Shown here: piece after piece, positions 38,920 through 52,822 of the stretch
How the letters are laid out: every line of letters starts with the position of its first letter
Numbering within the stretch: position 1 is the stretch's first letter
Source of the DNA: Octopus vulgaris
Lineage: Eukaryota
DNA: 64,000 nucleotides
Direction: 5' to 3'
Assembly (NCBI GenBank): GCA_951406725.2
Contig: OX597815.1
Coordinates: forward strand, 143,468,001 to 143,532,000
Program-made: the position numbers and the translations under genes
The notes under the pieces: generated by a model
Told to the model about the DNA's origin: nothing
Databases searched by the model: none
Seen by the model: only the letters and a program-made list of their open reading frames with translations

Positions 38920-39455
38920 GTCGATCACATAAAGTGGAAGGGACTTGAGGAAGAGGGAGACTCAGGAAGACACTGGACAAAGTATTGAGGGCCAATCTTA
39001 AGATGCTGAAGCTTAAAGAGGAGATGACAGAGGACTGAGATATCTGAAGCTTTGCTGTACTTTAGAAAACCTGTCCACCACAACAGAATTGATATCCTAT
39101 GCTTGTATGTATGAAGCTCTGCCTCACCTCCATTCTCAATGCCCCATCAGGCTTTCCCTGTATTTCAATCATTACACTCAACATTTCAACAACTATAACC
39201 ACCTGAGAGCTGAATAGGCACACTCATACTTTGCCCTGTTTTGCAAGGTACTTGGTGACCCAGCCAGTGCTGGTGCCCTGAAAAAGCACCCAGTACACTC
39301 TGTAAAGTGGTTGGCATTAAAAAGAGCATCCAGCTAGAATCCATGCCAAAACAGACAATAGAGCTTGGCTTAGCCCTCCAGCTTGCTAGCTCTCTTCAAA
39401 CTGTCCAACACATGACAGCATTGAAAGTGAACATTAAATGATGATAATGATGATA
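38920..39455 (+). mobile_element. Decayed RTE LINE 3' end (same family as 1305-2492)
   Basis: KVEGT*GRGRLRKTLDKVLRANLKML...EEMTED relic, then the 3' tail with (ATG)n. Confidence 0.7.
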
Positions 39456-40045
39456 CGTATATAACATTATCTTTGTCACAATCATCATCATTTTAACAGC
39501 CACTTTTCCATGCTTACAAGGGTCAAACGAGAATACACCAAAGCAGAGTTTTCAAAAGCCTGATGTCTTTCCTAGTTCCAACCCTCACCTGTTTCCAGGC
39601 TAAGTAATGAAGTAATGACCCCTACTGTCTATCGAACAATGAACAACCCAGACAGGGTTATGTAGAGAAATGGGAACAAACAACATCATTTGAATGAGCC
39701 TTTTGTTTACAAAGATCATGCTACATGACAAGACATGGCTAGAAGCCAGGACATGCAAACAAATGACACCATGTGAAGAGTGAGGCCTTTGTTTGCAATA
39801 AGCCAACACATGTGAAGACAAGGGAAGATACTAATTCATGTACACAAACACACACATACATATATATATGTGTATGTGTATGTGTGTGTGTGTGAGTATA
39901 ACTATGTGTGTACATGTGTGTGTGTGTGTGTGTATAGGCAAATCAAAACAAAAACAGGAAAAACAACAAAAGTCAAAAGGATGTACACAGTTAATATATT
40001 AGATTGATGCTCAGAGGAAGTAAGTTGGAAAAAAATAGGGGTTGT

Positions 40046-40072
40046 GACGTTTCCAAGTGTGGCTCTTCATCA
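40046..40072 (-). ncRNA. Minimal hammerhead-like core in a Penelope-type remnant
   Basis: CTGATGA-AGAGCCACACTTG-GAAA-CG-TC with palindromic ACGT stem III; stem I is not paired. Confidence 0.4.
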
Positions 40073-40314
40073 GGAAGAGGAAAGAGGAAGAAGTCCAGAG
40101 AAAAAGAAAAGAATAGTCCAAAAAAAGCATGTGTGGTTATATGGAGGTATATATAAGTGTGTTTATATACATGCTGGGCTTCTATTTTCTGTCTATCAGT
40201 TTCACTTGCAAGGTACTGGTCAACCTACCAGCTATACTAAAGGACATCAGATGACAACATCCAGCAGTGGGATTGAGACCTTGAACATGTAGATCTAAAA
40301 CTTAACCATACAAC

Positions 40315-40381
<67 letters not shown>

Positions 40382-41020
40382 GTCTGCAAATGTGGGTGGG
40401 TGAATGTTGATATTCCACACCCGCCAGCACTTGGGTGAAACATTGATATTGAAGACATTCTTTGCAGACATTATGACTGGTCACTTTGTGAATTTGAATA
40501 CGTCTGGAATAAAAAATAAAAAACATCCCTTACTTGAAAAACAGGTAAAGGTTGGCGACAGGTAAAGAAACCAGTTGTAAACACCTGCTTCGATTAACTC
40601 ACTGTCCAACCCATGCCAGCATGGGAAAATGGATGTTAAACAAATGAACAGATATACATCCACACATACATTAATACACACACATTAACACATGGAAACA
40701 AATGCATATATGCTATAGACATACAAGTAAGACAGTGCTCTAGCATAGCCTTGGCTACATACACACACATGCTAATGAGTGAGCCTCTAACTGATAACAC
40801 AACTTGCTAGAAATATCAGCCAAACCACACACTTTAAAGGAAAATAACACATTCGTTAGTCTAGTTTGAGAGATATTATATCTGAATAAAACATGAGATC
40901 GTCACAGCTGAAACATCTTTAATCGTAAGTCAGGTGGATCTGCATTTGCCTAGGACTAATCAACAACAACAGCAACAACAAATGCACACACACACACATG
41001 TATTCCTATAAAAGTTGAGT

Positions 41021-41320
41021 GGAGGCACTTGGCCTAGTAGTTAGAGCAGCGGACTCGCGGTCGAGGGATCACGGGTTCGAATCTCAGACCGGGCGATTTG
41101 TGTGTTTATGAGTGAAACACCTAAGCTCCACACGGCTTCGGCAGAAGGTAATGGCAAACTTCTGCTGACTCTTTTGCCACAACATTCTCTCACTCTTTCC
41201 TCCTGCATCTTGCAACTCACCTGTGACGGACCGGTGTCCCGTCCAGGTGGGGAACCTATACGCCAAGGAAACCGGGAAACTGGCCCTTATGTGCCAGGTG
41301 TGGCTCGAGAAGGAACAACT
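41021..41320 (+). mobile_element. Young tRNA-derived SINE (distinct family)
   Basis: TGGCCTAGTAGTTAG (A box) and GGTTCGAATC (B box); CpG-rich body; no tRNA acceptor stem. Confidence 0.75.
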
Positions 41321-41539
41321 ATAAAAGTTGCCATGGTATGGCTGGCACCATATGACATCCCACTTTTTGGGCTAATGTTTTTTGTAAAATAGAATGTCTG
41401 TGCAATGGTAATAAGGAAATAAGGATAATGTGCTGATAGTTTTGGCAGTGTTGATGATGATGATGATGATGATGATGACACCAATAATGATGACAATCAT
41501 TACAACAAATGTTACAATGATGATGGCAAGTGGCCCTCC

Positions 41540-41915
41540 TGGAAACTGTTTAGAAATGTGCAACAAAGCAAATACCCGCCATCAGACATCTACCATACTC
41601 TGAATGTCTTGCTTCCCTGGGTATGGATATATTGAAGCTCAGACATCTGGCAACTGACTTGGTAGACACCCACAAGCCTATCCACCATCTTTCCAACAAC
41701 AACCTTGGGCACCATTTTGAATTCCATACGACAAACACCCGCAGACATGATTATAAAATTAAAAAAAAAACACAGCACCCATGACTTTTGGAAACACTTT
41801 TTCACACTCAAAATTGCTGAAGCTTGGAATAAACTACCCACATCAGTTAGCTGTCGAGGCACTACATCCTTCAAAACTTCTATGCTTCCTGAAATCCACC
41901 AACAGTACACCTGAT
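41540..41915 (+). mobile_element. CR1/L2-clade LINE ORF2 C-terminal fragment
   Basis: LPYSECLASLGMDILKLRHLATDL...NTRRH..KIKKKHSTHDFWKHFFTLKIAEAWNKLPTSV...SFK. Confidence 0.85.
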
Positions 41916-42658
41916 GGCCTTTCTCTTGTTTTTTTAAGTTGTAGGGCACATAACTTAACGGTTCAACAAAAGAGACTGATAGAATAAGTACTAGGATTAC
42001 AAAGAATAAGTCCTGGGGTTGATTTCTTTGACTAAAACCCTTTAAGATGGTGCTCAAGCATGGCCACAGTCAAATGACTGAAACAAGTAAAAAAAAAATA
42101 AAAGAATAACAACATGATTGAGGAAGATCTGGCTATTATTTCTTGTATGCTGAACTATTGCACAGAGGCTTCTCTTATTTATGAAGGTATTAGCTGTGAT
42201 GTTGACACTAATTGCCTTAGAAGTTTGTTTCCTTAAAAAAGAAAGAAACCATTTAATCTTGAAGCTATGAATATAGGAGGGTAGGTTGTCATGTACGGAG
42301 AGGTAATGGGTTTATAAGAGATGAGGCCATCAAAATGATGATGGACAGCTGGATTTATGAGCAACTCAGTCCAAGACAAATACGTCTTTTTATAATTCAA
42401 TTAAATTACTGATGTCTTTACAAACAACATCAAGCCATTCTTATAATGCTTATATCATTAGATAATTAACTAATAAACACAATTTCATATTAAATATAGC
42501 TATTTATCGGTCTGCGTATGCATGTCACTCTCCATTCATCTATGTGTCTATATATACATACGCACACACACACAGATATGCGTATATATTACAAACACAT
42601 ACATCTATAATAAGGTCTGAACATCATGTGTAATTACAACAAACAAATATAGATTTGT

Positions 42659-42691
<33 letters not shown>

Positions 42692-42909
42692 ATGTGTGTG
42701 TGTGTGTTTGTTTGTTTGTGAGTGTGTATATTATGTAAATGTACAAACTCAAGAAAAAGATACCCAGCAATTATATGGATGTTATTCATGTATACAAATC
42801 TAAAGCTTCATTCTGGATAAAGCTTCAGCTTTGAATAAATGGTTATTTACACATACACACGAATATATGCATATGTATACATATATATGCACGTGTATGT
42901 ATATATATG

Positions 42910-42957
<48 letters not shown>

Positions 42958-43172
42958 TCAAAAGATAAAGAGACAGACAGACAGACAGATAGACAGACAG
43001 ACAGAGAAACAGACATACAGAGAGACAGACAGACGGATGCACAGACAAAGAGATGGATAGATAGACAGATTGACAGGCAGACAGACTGAGAGTTAGAGAT
43101 ATAGACATGTATACTGCCTATCTTTTTGTACGCATGCATACATATGTATATATATATACATGTGTGTGTGTG

Positions 43173-43247
<75 letters not shown>

Positions 43248-43568
43248 GTGTAAGACTATGTAGTCAGCTGCCTTAGGGAGTTCAGTTATTCAGAAATAAT
43301 CCCCCACCCCTGCTCCCGTCCCTCCGAAAACCGATCCATATTGTTCTATGCACAACACATAATAGTCTTTTACTAAGTATATAATAGTGAAGTAAAAGTG
43401 ACAATTCTTTTGTCTTGGATCCCAATGGATTAGTGTTTTAGCAGCTGTTCCCAACTAATGAGCTTTGAAAATGAAACAATGTGTGTGCATGTGAGTCTGT
43501 GTGGGTATGTATGCCTGCGTTTACAAACATGCATATATACATATACATATGTGTGTGTGCGTGTGTGC

Positions 43569-43602
<34 letters not shown>

Positions 43603-43843
43603 ATATATGTATACATACAAACATATATACATATATATGTATACATACAAACATATACATGTATACATATATATATATATATATATGTGTGTGTGTATAT
43701 ACATATATATATATCTGTGTGCATGTATATATATATATATCTGTGTGTGTATGTATATATATATGTATATATATATACATATATATATATATATGTATAT
43801 ATACACACATATATATATATATAAATATCTGTGTGTGTGTGTG

Positions 43844-43881
<38 letters not shown>

Positions 43882-44526
43882 CACACACACATGTAGAAGT
43901 GTGTGTGTGTGTGTGTGTGTGTGTGAGCGTACATGTATGCATAATACTTAATATAACAACCATAGTATAAAATGTCAACAACAACAGCAATAAACCAAAC
44001 AGCCATAACAATCAAATTAGCCAAATTAGTGGTTGTCAGGGCTGAATAATTACTTGTTAATTAATCAATAACGATATGTGTTTTGATGAATGTAGTGGTG
44101 ACGCTGGAGCTAGAGATGGTAGTGGGGATGGCGCTGCTGCTCATGCTGGTGGATGTTATGGTGGTGGTGGTGGTGGTCGTGGTGGTGGCAGTTAGTCTAA
44201 TATAAGCACCACCACTACCACTGCTATTAGTGTATTAGTCATAGAACTAAGTTATGTAACAGGCATGCTGGTTGGTTGGTTGGTTGGCTGGTTGATTGAT
44301 TTAGCTTCATGTCAACCCTGACCAAATAGATTTATGACCAAATATTTTTCAGCCTTGATTATCTCAGCTTAATTGGCCTTTTTTCTTTTTCTTTTTTTTT
44401 TTCATTTCCTTTTTTAGAGATAGATGCAGGGTATGATTTAAGGGGCTGTGGCTGTCATTTCTAGCTGGTGGGTCATGTGACCCTGTAGAAGCAAGGTCAT
44501 TGGATCAGGCACGTGATGTTTTTACT

Positions 44527-44563
<37 letters not shown>

Positions 44564-44564
44564 C

Positions 44565-44596
<32 letters not shown>

Positions 44597-45341
44597 CAGT
44601 AGTAGTAGGTTGGTCCACATTACTCCTTAAAGAGCACAGGGCCACTTCCTTGGTTTCTCTGGTGCATATATTCCTCCCTGGATGGCTGCTGGTCCATTGC
44701 AGAATTACTCATTTTTACCAGTTGAGTGAACTGGAGCAACATGGAATGCAATGTTTTGCTCAAGAGCACAACACATCACCCGATTCAAGAATCCAAACCA
44801 CAATCTTACAATCATGAGTCCAAGACCCTAACCACTAAGACATGTAACTTCACTCGTAGTAGTAGTTCACAGTATTATGTATGCTTCCATAGATACCCAT
44901 ATCTAAAACCCACAGGATTCCTTCTTTTCTGTTCCAATATAACTTTTACCCAATATGTCACCTCTTACTAACACACAAACCACACGTACTATTCTTCGGA
45001 TATAAATCTCTCACCTCTTATCTATATGTAGTCTATTTCTGCCATCCTTCAAGTTACTCTAGTTCAAAGCCTCCTTCTTCCCCTCCTCGAAATACATCCT
45101 GTTTCCTCAATTTTTCTCCAAACTCCTCCTACCTCCTGCAATACTTTAACTGTATCTCTTCCTGTATCAACAAAATCTTCATCAATCCACTACTCTCTGG
45201 TGTTGTCATTCTTAGTGACTTAACACTTGCAACTCTTCTTGACACTCACACTACCTCATATTGATGCCACTCATGCAAAAACCAAATATTTTTAATATCC
45301 TCAAATTTCAACATCAATTAATTTCATCTCATATTCCTAAC

Positions 45342-45740
45342 TAGGGCTGGATTAAGACCCATAGGGGTCCTAAGCACTTAAAAGATGTTGATGTCCCCAT
45401 ATGAATGTAATTTAAAATATAAACAATAATACACCTTAAGATAAATTTTTACTTTTAAAAATCAAACAAAACTAACAGTAAGCTGGAAAATGTTTATTAT
45501 TGTATACTTCCACTTTATTTATATTTGAAAATGTTTCTCCTACTTTTTTAATTGCAAAGTCTTTGATCAAATTCTCACTATGATACCATGAACACTTCAA
45601 AGTTATATTTCTGATCATATAAACCACTTTGAATGTTATTTTAGCAGGTTTAGAGTGATTTCTTTTGTGTTGTAAACCATTTACCATTTCTGCAGTGCTT
45701 CCATTCCCTTGATGCCCTAAGCATGGTTAATCCAGCACTG
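45342..45740. mobile_element. hAT (Tip100-like) MITE with 8-bp TSD
   Basis: TAGGGCTGGATTAA ... TTAATCCAGCACTG; flanks ttcctaac / ttcataac. Confidence 0.85.
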
Positions 45741-46835
45741 TTCATAACCATGACCAATAAGCACATACTTCAAACACCCATGATCTCTTTCTCACCACCA
45801 AACCCAACCCTAACAATTTATCACAATCTCTACATTATCCAATCACTGCCTGTTTGTGACCACCCACCACATCCACATCCACATACTACATAATGCTTCT
45901 TCCCACCTCTTGAGCTATATAGCTCTTCATGTTGCTATCCTTGCTGCACAGGTCTAAACCCATCAAAACTGCAAGATGAGTAAGTGAAGCATACCACACA
46001 CTTCAAAAACTCACAACCACAGAATCTCAAATGGTTCACTTACAACTGTAGTACAGAATTTTGGGCGAAACACAAGACCTAAAACACTTGGGGGAAATCA
46101 TCCACCCCTACAACTGCAAAGGATGTCTCCAAGCATCATGAAACCCTTAAGCTTTTCCAACTTCCAGACTGCAATCAATCCTTTTTGTCTTTTACCAAAA
46201 TGATCCTTACCAACTTTGTGAATCCTTCATTCCTTACACTTCTCAACCACAATAGTTTTATGCATAGTCTTCCTGTGGAGAATACCTCTAAATTTACTAC
46301 CAACCTTATATCAAATTTTACACATCACACAGCTCATACTAGGTAAATCTTCAAAATTATCCATTTCCACTCTGCATGGCTTATCACAATGCAGTTGTGG
46401 TGGTTGATATGGAATTGATGATAATAATAGTGGTGACTAGAGAAGTGACGGTATTAGTGGTGTGCTGGACAGTAAAGAGGTAAAATATATATATCACCTG
46501 AACACAATCATATCATCTTACTCTAAATTGGAAGATTTATAATCAAAACATGATCATTGTATCAAAGGACGTTTATTGCATATAAATATGTTTATTGACT
46601 GTAAACAGGTTTATTGCATGTAAATATGTTTAGTACATGAAACATGTATCTTGCACCTAAACATGTTTATTGTACATAAACTTATTTATTGCATATAACA
46701 TGTTTATAGTATGTAAACACATTTCATGTAGGTATACATTCTTAGTGTAAGTAAACATAGATATTGTGTATACAGATATAATCATTTGGACTAATTAGTC
46801 TCATTTTGAGAGATAAGGGTTTTATTATTTATATC

Positions 46836-46879
46836 TACACCATGTTTCAGTTGGTCTAATATCCAGTTGTCATCAGGTA
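46836..46879 (-). ncRNA. Decayed hammerhead-like motif
   Basis: TAC-CTGATGA-CAACTGGATATTAGACCAACT-GAAA-CATG-GT-GTA then AATAATAAAA; the cleavage-site U appears mutated. Confidence 0.4.
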
Positions 46880-47530
46880 CTTTATTCTTGGATGTGCCAA
46901 TGAGACAAGGATGGATTTGAACAAGGAGGCTATATTTTTAAACCAAGAGTATTTATGTTCTTAGCCACCTGACAACTGATGTGGATATATATATATATAA
47001 CTCAGTAGTGATGTAGGATGTATCAATGATGGCAGGTGTGGCATTATTCTACTATCACTCGTCTAGCCTGAGTTCAACCCTGAGGGAGCACATGAGCACA
47101 CCCATGATTAATGCTAAGCCAGCCATGACCACCCCATCATTTTTCTATGCACAGAGAAGCCAAGAGCACATATTTCTTTTTAAGGCAAGATAAACTGTCT
47201 GGAAAAAATAAAAGATGAAGCAATCATAGCCTGAATCTTTTTGATCATAGATCAGTTTTAGCTAAGGATTAAACCACAACATCTCAATGGCTGGAGAAAT
47301 ATAAAGAAGGTATGCAAGTGCTGATTCAGTAGATTTATATACCCATGAGACACATGTTCCTCTTGGAGCAAGCTGTCTTGGAGTCACAGCTGTCCTATAC
47401 ATCAGTCCAACAAAGATGAAAAAACCAGAATAGATGTTGTACAATAAGAAATGAGCTCTGTTTTAGGATGCAGGCTTCACTATAAGAGAACAAGACTCAG
47501 ATTCCATTGGTTTCCTTTCTTAACATCATC

Positions 47531-47759
47531 TTAACTCTTTCATTACCGTATTTATTTTAAGATACTCTGTGTTTCTTTCAATTATTTTAAATATAACAAA
47601 GAATTTAGTAAACTAACTTAGTTATCATTAAGTTAGTGTTAGGAACATAAATTGTGACTAAGGTTTGGTGGAAGATTTTAATTCAAAACTTATGAAAACA
47701 AGACATTTGTACTACAGAGCCAGAGGCAGTTTCAGCTGGGTTGGTAACGAAAGGGTTAA
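47531..47759. mobile_element. piggyBac-type MITE
   Basis: TTAA TSDs; TIRs ctcttttcattacc / ggtaacgaaaggg. Confidence 0.85.
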
Positions 47760-48349
47760 ACTTAGAATGATAAAAACTTCAGTTTACTTGGAAAGAAAAT
47801 AAGCCAAGGGAATCGTGATATGATCACTCCACGTGCCAGAAATAGCAATCAAGTCTCCCTTTAATCATGTTCTATGGTCTTAAAAAAATGAATCATCTTC
47901 ATCATCATAGTTTTTAATGTTCCCTTTCCCATGCTTGTATGGGTTGATGGAGTGTATTGAAGCAGATTTCCTATGGCTGAATGCCTTTCCTGTTACCAAC
48001 CCTCACCCATTTCCAAACAAGGTGATATTTCCCCACAGCTAGACATGTTTCCACAGAATATTGGCAATGAATGTCACTGCTTATATGACAGTGACACTCA
48101 TTTACAACTATTACTCAATGTCAAACCAAAGAGGCACAAAGCATACACACGCACACATACACACATACATACATACATACATACATACATACATACATAC
48201 ATGTATGTACACTCATACACATGCATATATATACATAATGGGCTTCTTTTAGTTTCCATCTACCAAATCCACTCAGCTAGTTGCTATAGTTAAAGACACT
48301 TGCCTAAAGTACCTTGCAATAGGACTGAACCTAAAACCTGAAATTTCTT

Positions 48350-49135
48350 CTCTAGTTCTGGTAGTGATTCAACTGAGAGTAAGGTCATCAGCATAGAGGA
48401 GCTCCCAGGGCCAGCCTGTCTCAAATTCCTCAGTTATTGCCTGGGGGACTATGATGAATAAGAGGTGGTGGGGCTGAGGACTGATCCTTGGTGAACCCCT
48501 ATTTCTACCTGGAATTCTTCACTTCATTCATTGCCGACCCTTACCTTACTGACAGTATCCCTGTATAGGGCCTGTACAGCTCTTACTAACTACTTGTCTA
48601 TCCCTAGTTTCTGCATCGCCCACCAGGTAAGGGATCAGGGGACCCTGTCAAAGGCTTTCTCCAAGTCAACAAATGTCAAGTATAGGGGTTTATCTTTGTC
48701 TAGGTATTCCTCCTGAAGTTGCCTTACTAGAAATATAGCATCAATGATGCTTCTACCTGGCACAAAACCAAACTGCATTTCATCTAGACTTACTCTCTCC
48801 CTAATTAGTTGGGCTATGACCTTCATCACCTGATCCAGCAGTTTGACATCCCAGTAGTTATTTCTATCTAAAGCATCACCTTTACCTTTGTAGCAGTTGG
48901 CTATGGTACTGCTACACCAGTAGTCCTTTGTGAACTTCCTGATTTATAATGCGGGTGACTAGACCATAACCCACACCACCAGATATTTTAAACATCTCAG
49001 CAGTGATTCTTGATTGGGGCTTTTCCTGATTGCATATCCTGAATTGCTTTATCTACAAGGGTGCTATCAATTTGGGCAGCTGGTCCCTCAACTGGGTCAA
49101 CATTTGGCAGGCTCTCTTCCTCCCATTCATTCTAC
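48350..49135 (-). mobile_element. RTE LINE reverse-transcriptase fragment (pseudogenised)
   Basis: QFGFVPGRSIIDAIFLVRQLQEEY...LTFVDLEKAFDRVP and WELLYADD (YADD codons at 48384-48395). Confidence 0.92.
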
Positions 49136-49212
49136 ACACAGGTGAGCACATAAGTGCAAGACAAAGTGACAAAAATAGTACTTGAATATTAAAGCTGCAA
49201 AATTGTTACAGA

Positions 49213-49252
49213 ACTGTGACTCAGAGTTTCATATTCCCATTCGTCCAACAGT
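49213..49252 (-). ncRNA. Hammerhead-like motif, same family as 27988-28025, core mutated
   Basis: ACTGT-TGGACGA-ATGGGAATAT-GAAA-CTCTGAG-TC-ACAGT next to (TA)n. Confidence 0.5.
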
Positions 49253-49717
49253 CATATATATATAGATAGATAGATATAGATACATACCTGACAAGCTTTC
49301 TACACTTTGGACAAGTGTGAGATAAAGTAGTAAAAAATACTTGCCCCAGGTGGCACACGGTGGGACTGAGCCTGAAAACATGTGCTTGTAAAGCAAGCTT
49401 TTTGTGTTTCCCTCTATTTCCAATACTGACAATGCTTATGAAAGCATAACTTAAACATAATCTGGCACAAAAAGCAATCTAAAATCCATCAACTGCTCAG
49501 TGGCTCACAAATACTTCGAATGATTTTTTAGAAATGATAGAAGACCCACAGAGTATACCTTTGTGGCCCACTTGTGTGTTGCAGCCTCCCAGCTGCTGAC
49601 CCAAGGTCTATAATTTATCCTCATATAAGACACCATGGAGGATGACTAACATGGGAAGCCAAATCTCCCACAAACTTTGAAGGAGACATATCTCCCTCAA
49701 ACCACACCATATTGTCT

Positions 49718-49951
49718 TTAACCTTTTAGCATTTAAACCAGACATATCCGCTCCAAATATTCTACCTGTTCTATTTTCAAACTAGCCATTTGCAGCCTCT
49801 CACACCTCGTAGAGTGCTACAATGTTACTTTCAGAATAGGCAGTCACATTATTGAAATTTTGAAGCTATGAGATAATGCACGATTAATTCAAAATAATGT
49901 GAATATATAAGTATTATAGTTGACAGAGTAATCTGAAGGCTAAAAGGGTGA
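49718..49951. mobile_element. piggyBac-type MITE (second family)
   Basis: TTAA-ccttttagcatt ... gctaaaaggg. Confidence 0.7.
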
Positions 49952-50160
49952 AAAAAACAGGCACATTAGGTAATGTAGTCTGAGATACATTAACTGGCAC
50001 TCTGTTCCAGTTGATTCAGTCAATGGAACAGCCTGCTTGTGAAATTAACAGGCTGAGCACTCCACAAACACATGTACCCTCAATGTAGTTCTCAGGGAGA
50101 TTCAGCGTGACATAATGTGACAAGACTGGCCCTTTGAATTACAGGCATTACTCATTTTTG

Positions 50161-50360
50161 TAGCAGTTGACTATGGTGCTGCTACACCAGTACTCCTTTG
50201 TGAACTTCCTGATTTATAATGCGGGTGACTAGACCATAACCCACTCCACCAGATATTTTAAGCATCTCAGCAGTGATTCTTGATGGGGGCTTTTACTGGT
50301 TGCATATCCTTAATTGCTTTATCTACAAGGGTGCTATCAATTTGTGCAGCTGGTCCCTCA
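50161..50360 (+). repeat. 200-bp direct copy of 48891-49090 inserted into a SINE
   Basis: Colinear high identity; flanked by duplicated ACTCATTTTTG (50150-50160 and 50361-50371). Confidence 0.9.
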
Positions 50361-50809
50361 ACTCATTTTTGCCAGCTGAGTGGACTGGAGCAAAGTGAAA
50401 TAAAGTGTCTTGCTCAAGGACACAACACGCCATCGGGAATCAACCTCACGACCTTACTATCATGAGTCAGTTAAACTAAGCACTAAATGATGGGCCTTCA
50501 CTGGAGATACATTAAGCCAGAAACAAAAGATGGGTTGATCATGGTTGGTGCGTCTTTATTCATAGGTCTGTTCAGTGAGAACAATGTGAAGAAGAGCATC
50601 AAAAACGTGATTTTCACATTTGTTTTCCTGTTAGGATAGATTAGACTAGTCTAACTTCACTTTGCTTCATGCTCTTGCTTGATGAGGCTAGGGTCATCTC
50701 AGGTTAGTGGTCCCAGAGGTATCATCATGCATAGAGCTGACCAGGTCCACCAGTGCTCCCCATTGCTGTTGGTCCTGTGCCAGCCCCTCTGCATCTTAGT
50801 CTAACCCCC

Positions 50810-52080
50810 AGAACTGAGATTAGTTTAACTATACTGCTTGAATTGCTATAATTAATTGGTATAATTATATACAACAGACTGGCCTAACTACACACAATAA
50901 ATTGGTTTAACTATACAGATTTGATAGGTTCAAATATACAGAATAGATTAGTTAAACTAGCTATATAAAATTCAAACTAAGCCAAAACAACTATACACAC
51001 TGGATTAGTCTAACTACATAGATGACATATAGAGGAGACTCAACTAACTACATAAACTACAGTATTTAACTATATAGACTGGATTAGTCTAATTATACAG
51101 AATGGACTGGTTTATCTACACAGTTCAGATTGGTCTAAGCACATAAGATAGGTTTAACTATTCAGACTGAATTGATTATAGAAACTGGAATTGGTCTAAC
51201 TACATAGTCTAAATACAGAAACAAGATTGATCTAAGTATAGAGATAAGATTATTCTAATTCATAGATTGGAGTGGTCTAACTATACAAGCCAGCTTGTCC
51301 TAACCACATAAACTGGAGTGATCTACTTGTACACACTAGATTGATCTAATAATACACAAACAAGTGTGATCTAACTACGTTAACTGATAGATCTAATTAT
51401 ACATAATGAGTCTATCTTTACTGCATTATGGGTTTGGTCAAACCTTACAAGCTATGCTGAATGATTTCACTACATTTATTGAATTAGTCCAATGACCATA
51501 CAGGCTGGATCTGTCCTAACCACATGAATGGGTTGCTCTGATTATACAGACTACATTGGTCTAACAACAGACATGGAGTTGGTCTAACTAGTCAAGTTAA
51601 ACTGGTCTACATAGATGTGATTGGTTTAAATACATAGACTGAATTAGTCTAACTACATAAATGGTATTGATCTAACTATACAGAATGGACTAGTCTAATT
51701 ATATGGAATAGATTTGTCAATGTACATGGGATTGGTTAAACTATACTGACTAGGTTGATTGAAGTACATAGCTTAGAATGGTCTAACTATACAAACTATA
51801 TTGATTTACCATTGAGAGTGGATTGGTCTAACTGCACAGACTGGATTGGACAAACTATCCGGATTGGATTGGTCTAACTACATACTTGGGATTGGTCTAA
51901 TGATACAGACTAGATTGGTTTAATTAAATAGAATTACAAGTTGTAACCACATGGAGTGTGTATGTCTAAACAGACATAAGACTGATCTAATAATCTGTGT
52001 TGAATATGTCTAAATATGTGAGGCAGGTCTAACTACAGGTTAGTTTGATCTAACAGTGCATGGATTGATTACAACCAACT
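50810..52080. repeat. Diverged minisatellite, about 23-bp unit (ACTGGATTGGTCTAACTATACAG)
   Basis: Recurring 'gattggtctaacta' at about 23-bp spacing over about 1.3 kb. Confidence 0.85.
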
Positions 52081-52782
52081 AGGTGAGTGAAAACGGTATA
52101 AATCCCTAAACATACCACACCCTACCATTAAGCCAGAAACATAATGAATCTATATCAACATGGAAATTAATGTACTCCACCAAAAGACACACATATACCA
52201 CTTTAGCTTGTGATACATAACAATTTCCTCTGCTAAATCCATTTTGAAGTGATGCAGCATTTGTCTGAAGTGACATGAAGTAATATGAGACACAGCAACC
52301 ATGAGAGGGAACAAATTCAGCTAAAAAGCCCCGATGTAAGTGAAAGACTTTTAATATCCTTTTTAAGGATACGCTCCTTAAACTGATATGTTTCAACGGA
52401 TAGGAAGTGGGCTAAGTAATAACGAAAAGACAGAGCTTAGTAGAAACCGTTTATTGATAGATATACACACACACAAATATATATATATATACATAACAGG
52501 TGCATTTGTGCAAGATAAAATTAAAAAAATAAAATAAAAGATGAAAAAGAATTTGCACAAATAATAAAAAAAACAAGCAGTTTAGGTAGATGAAAAGATG
52601 TGCACAATTTTTAGTGATGTGAGGAAAAAAAAAATTTCTGTTACATCAAAATATATTTAAGGCTAGTCACTCATATCAAGAACGAACACCGAGTGAAGTA
52701 AATTACAATATATCTGCTGCATTTATAGGCAGAGGTATTTTGAAATGGGAGAATGTAGATGTGTTAACATATACAAATATAA

Positions 52783-52822
<40 letters not shown>

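Noticed and set aside
41021-41095. tRNA gene
   Set aside because: A and B boxes are present but there is no closing acceptor stem, and it continues into a SINE body.
50810-52080. CRISPR-like periodicity
   Set aside because: Contiguous diverged units with no unique spacers, no cas genes and a eukaryotic context.
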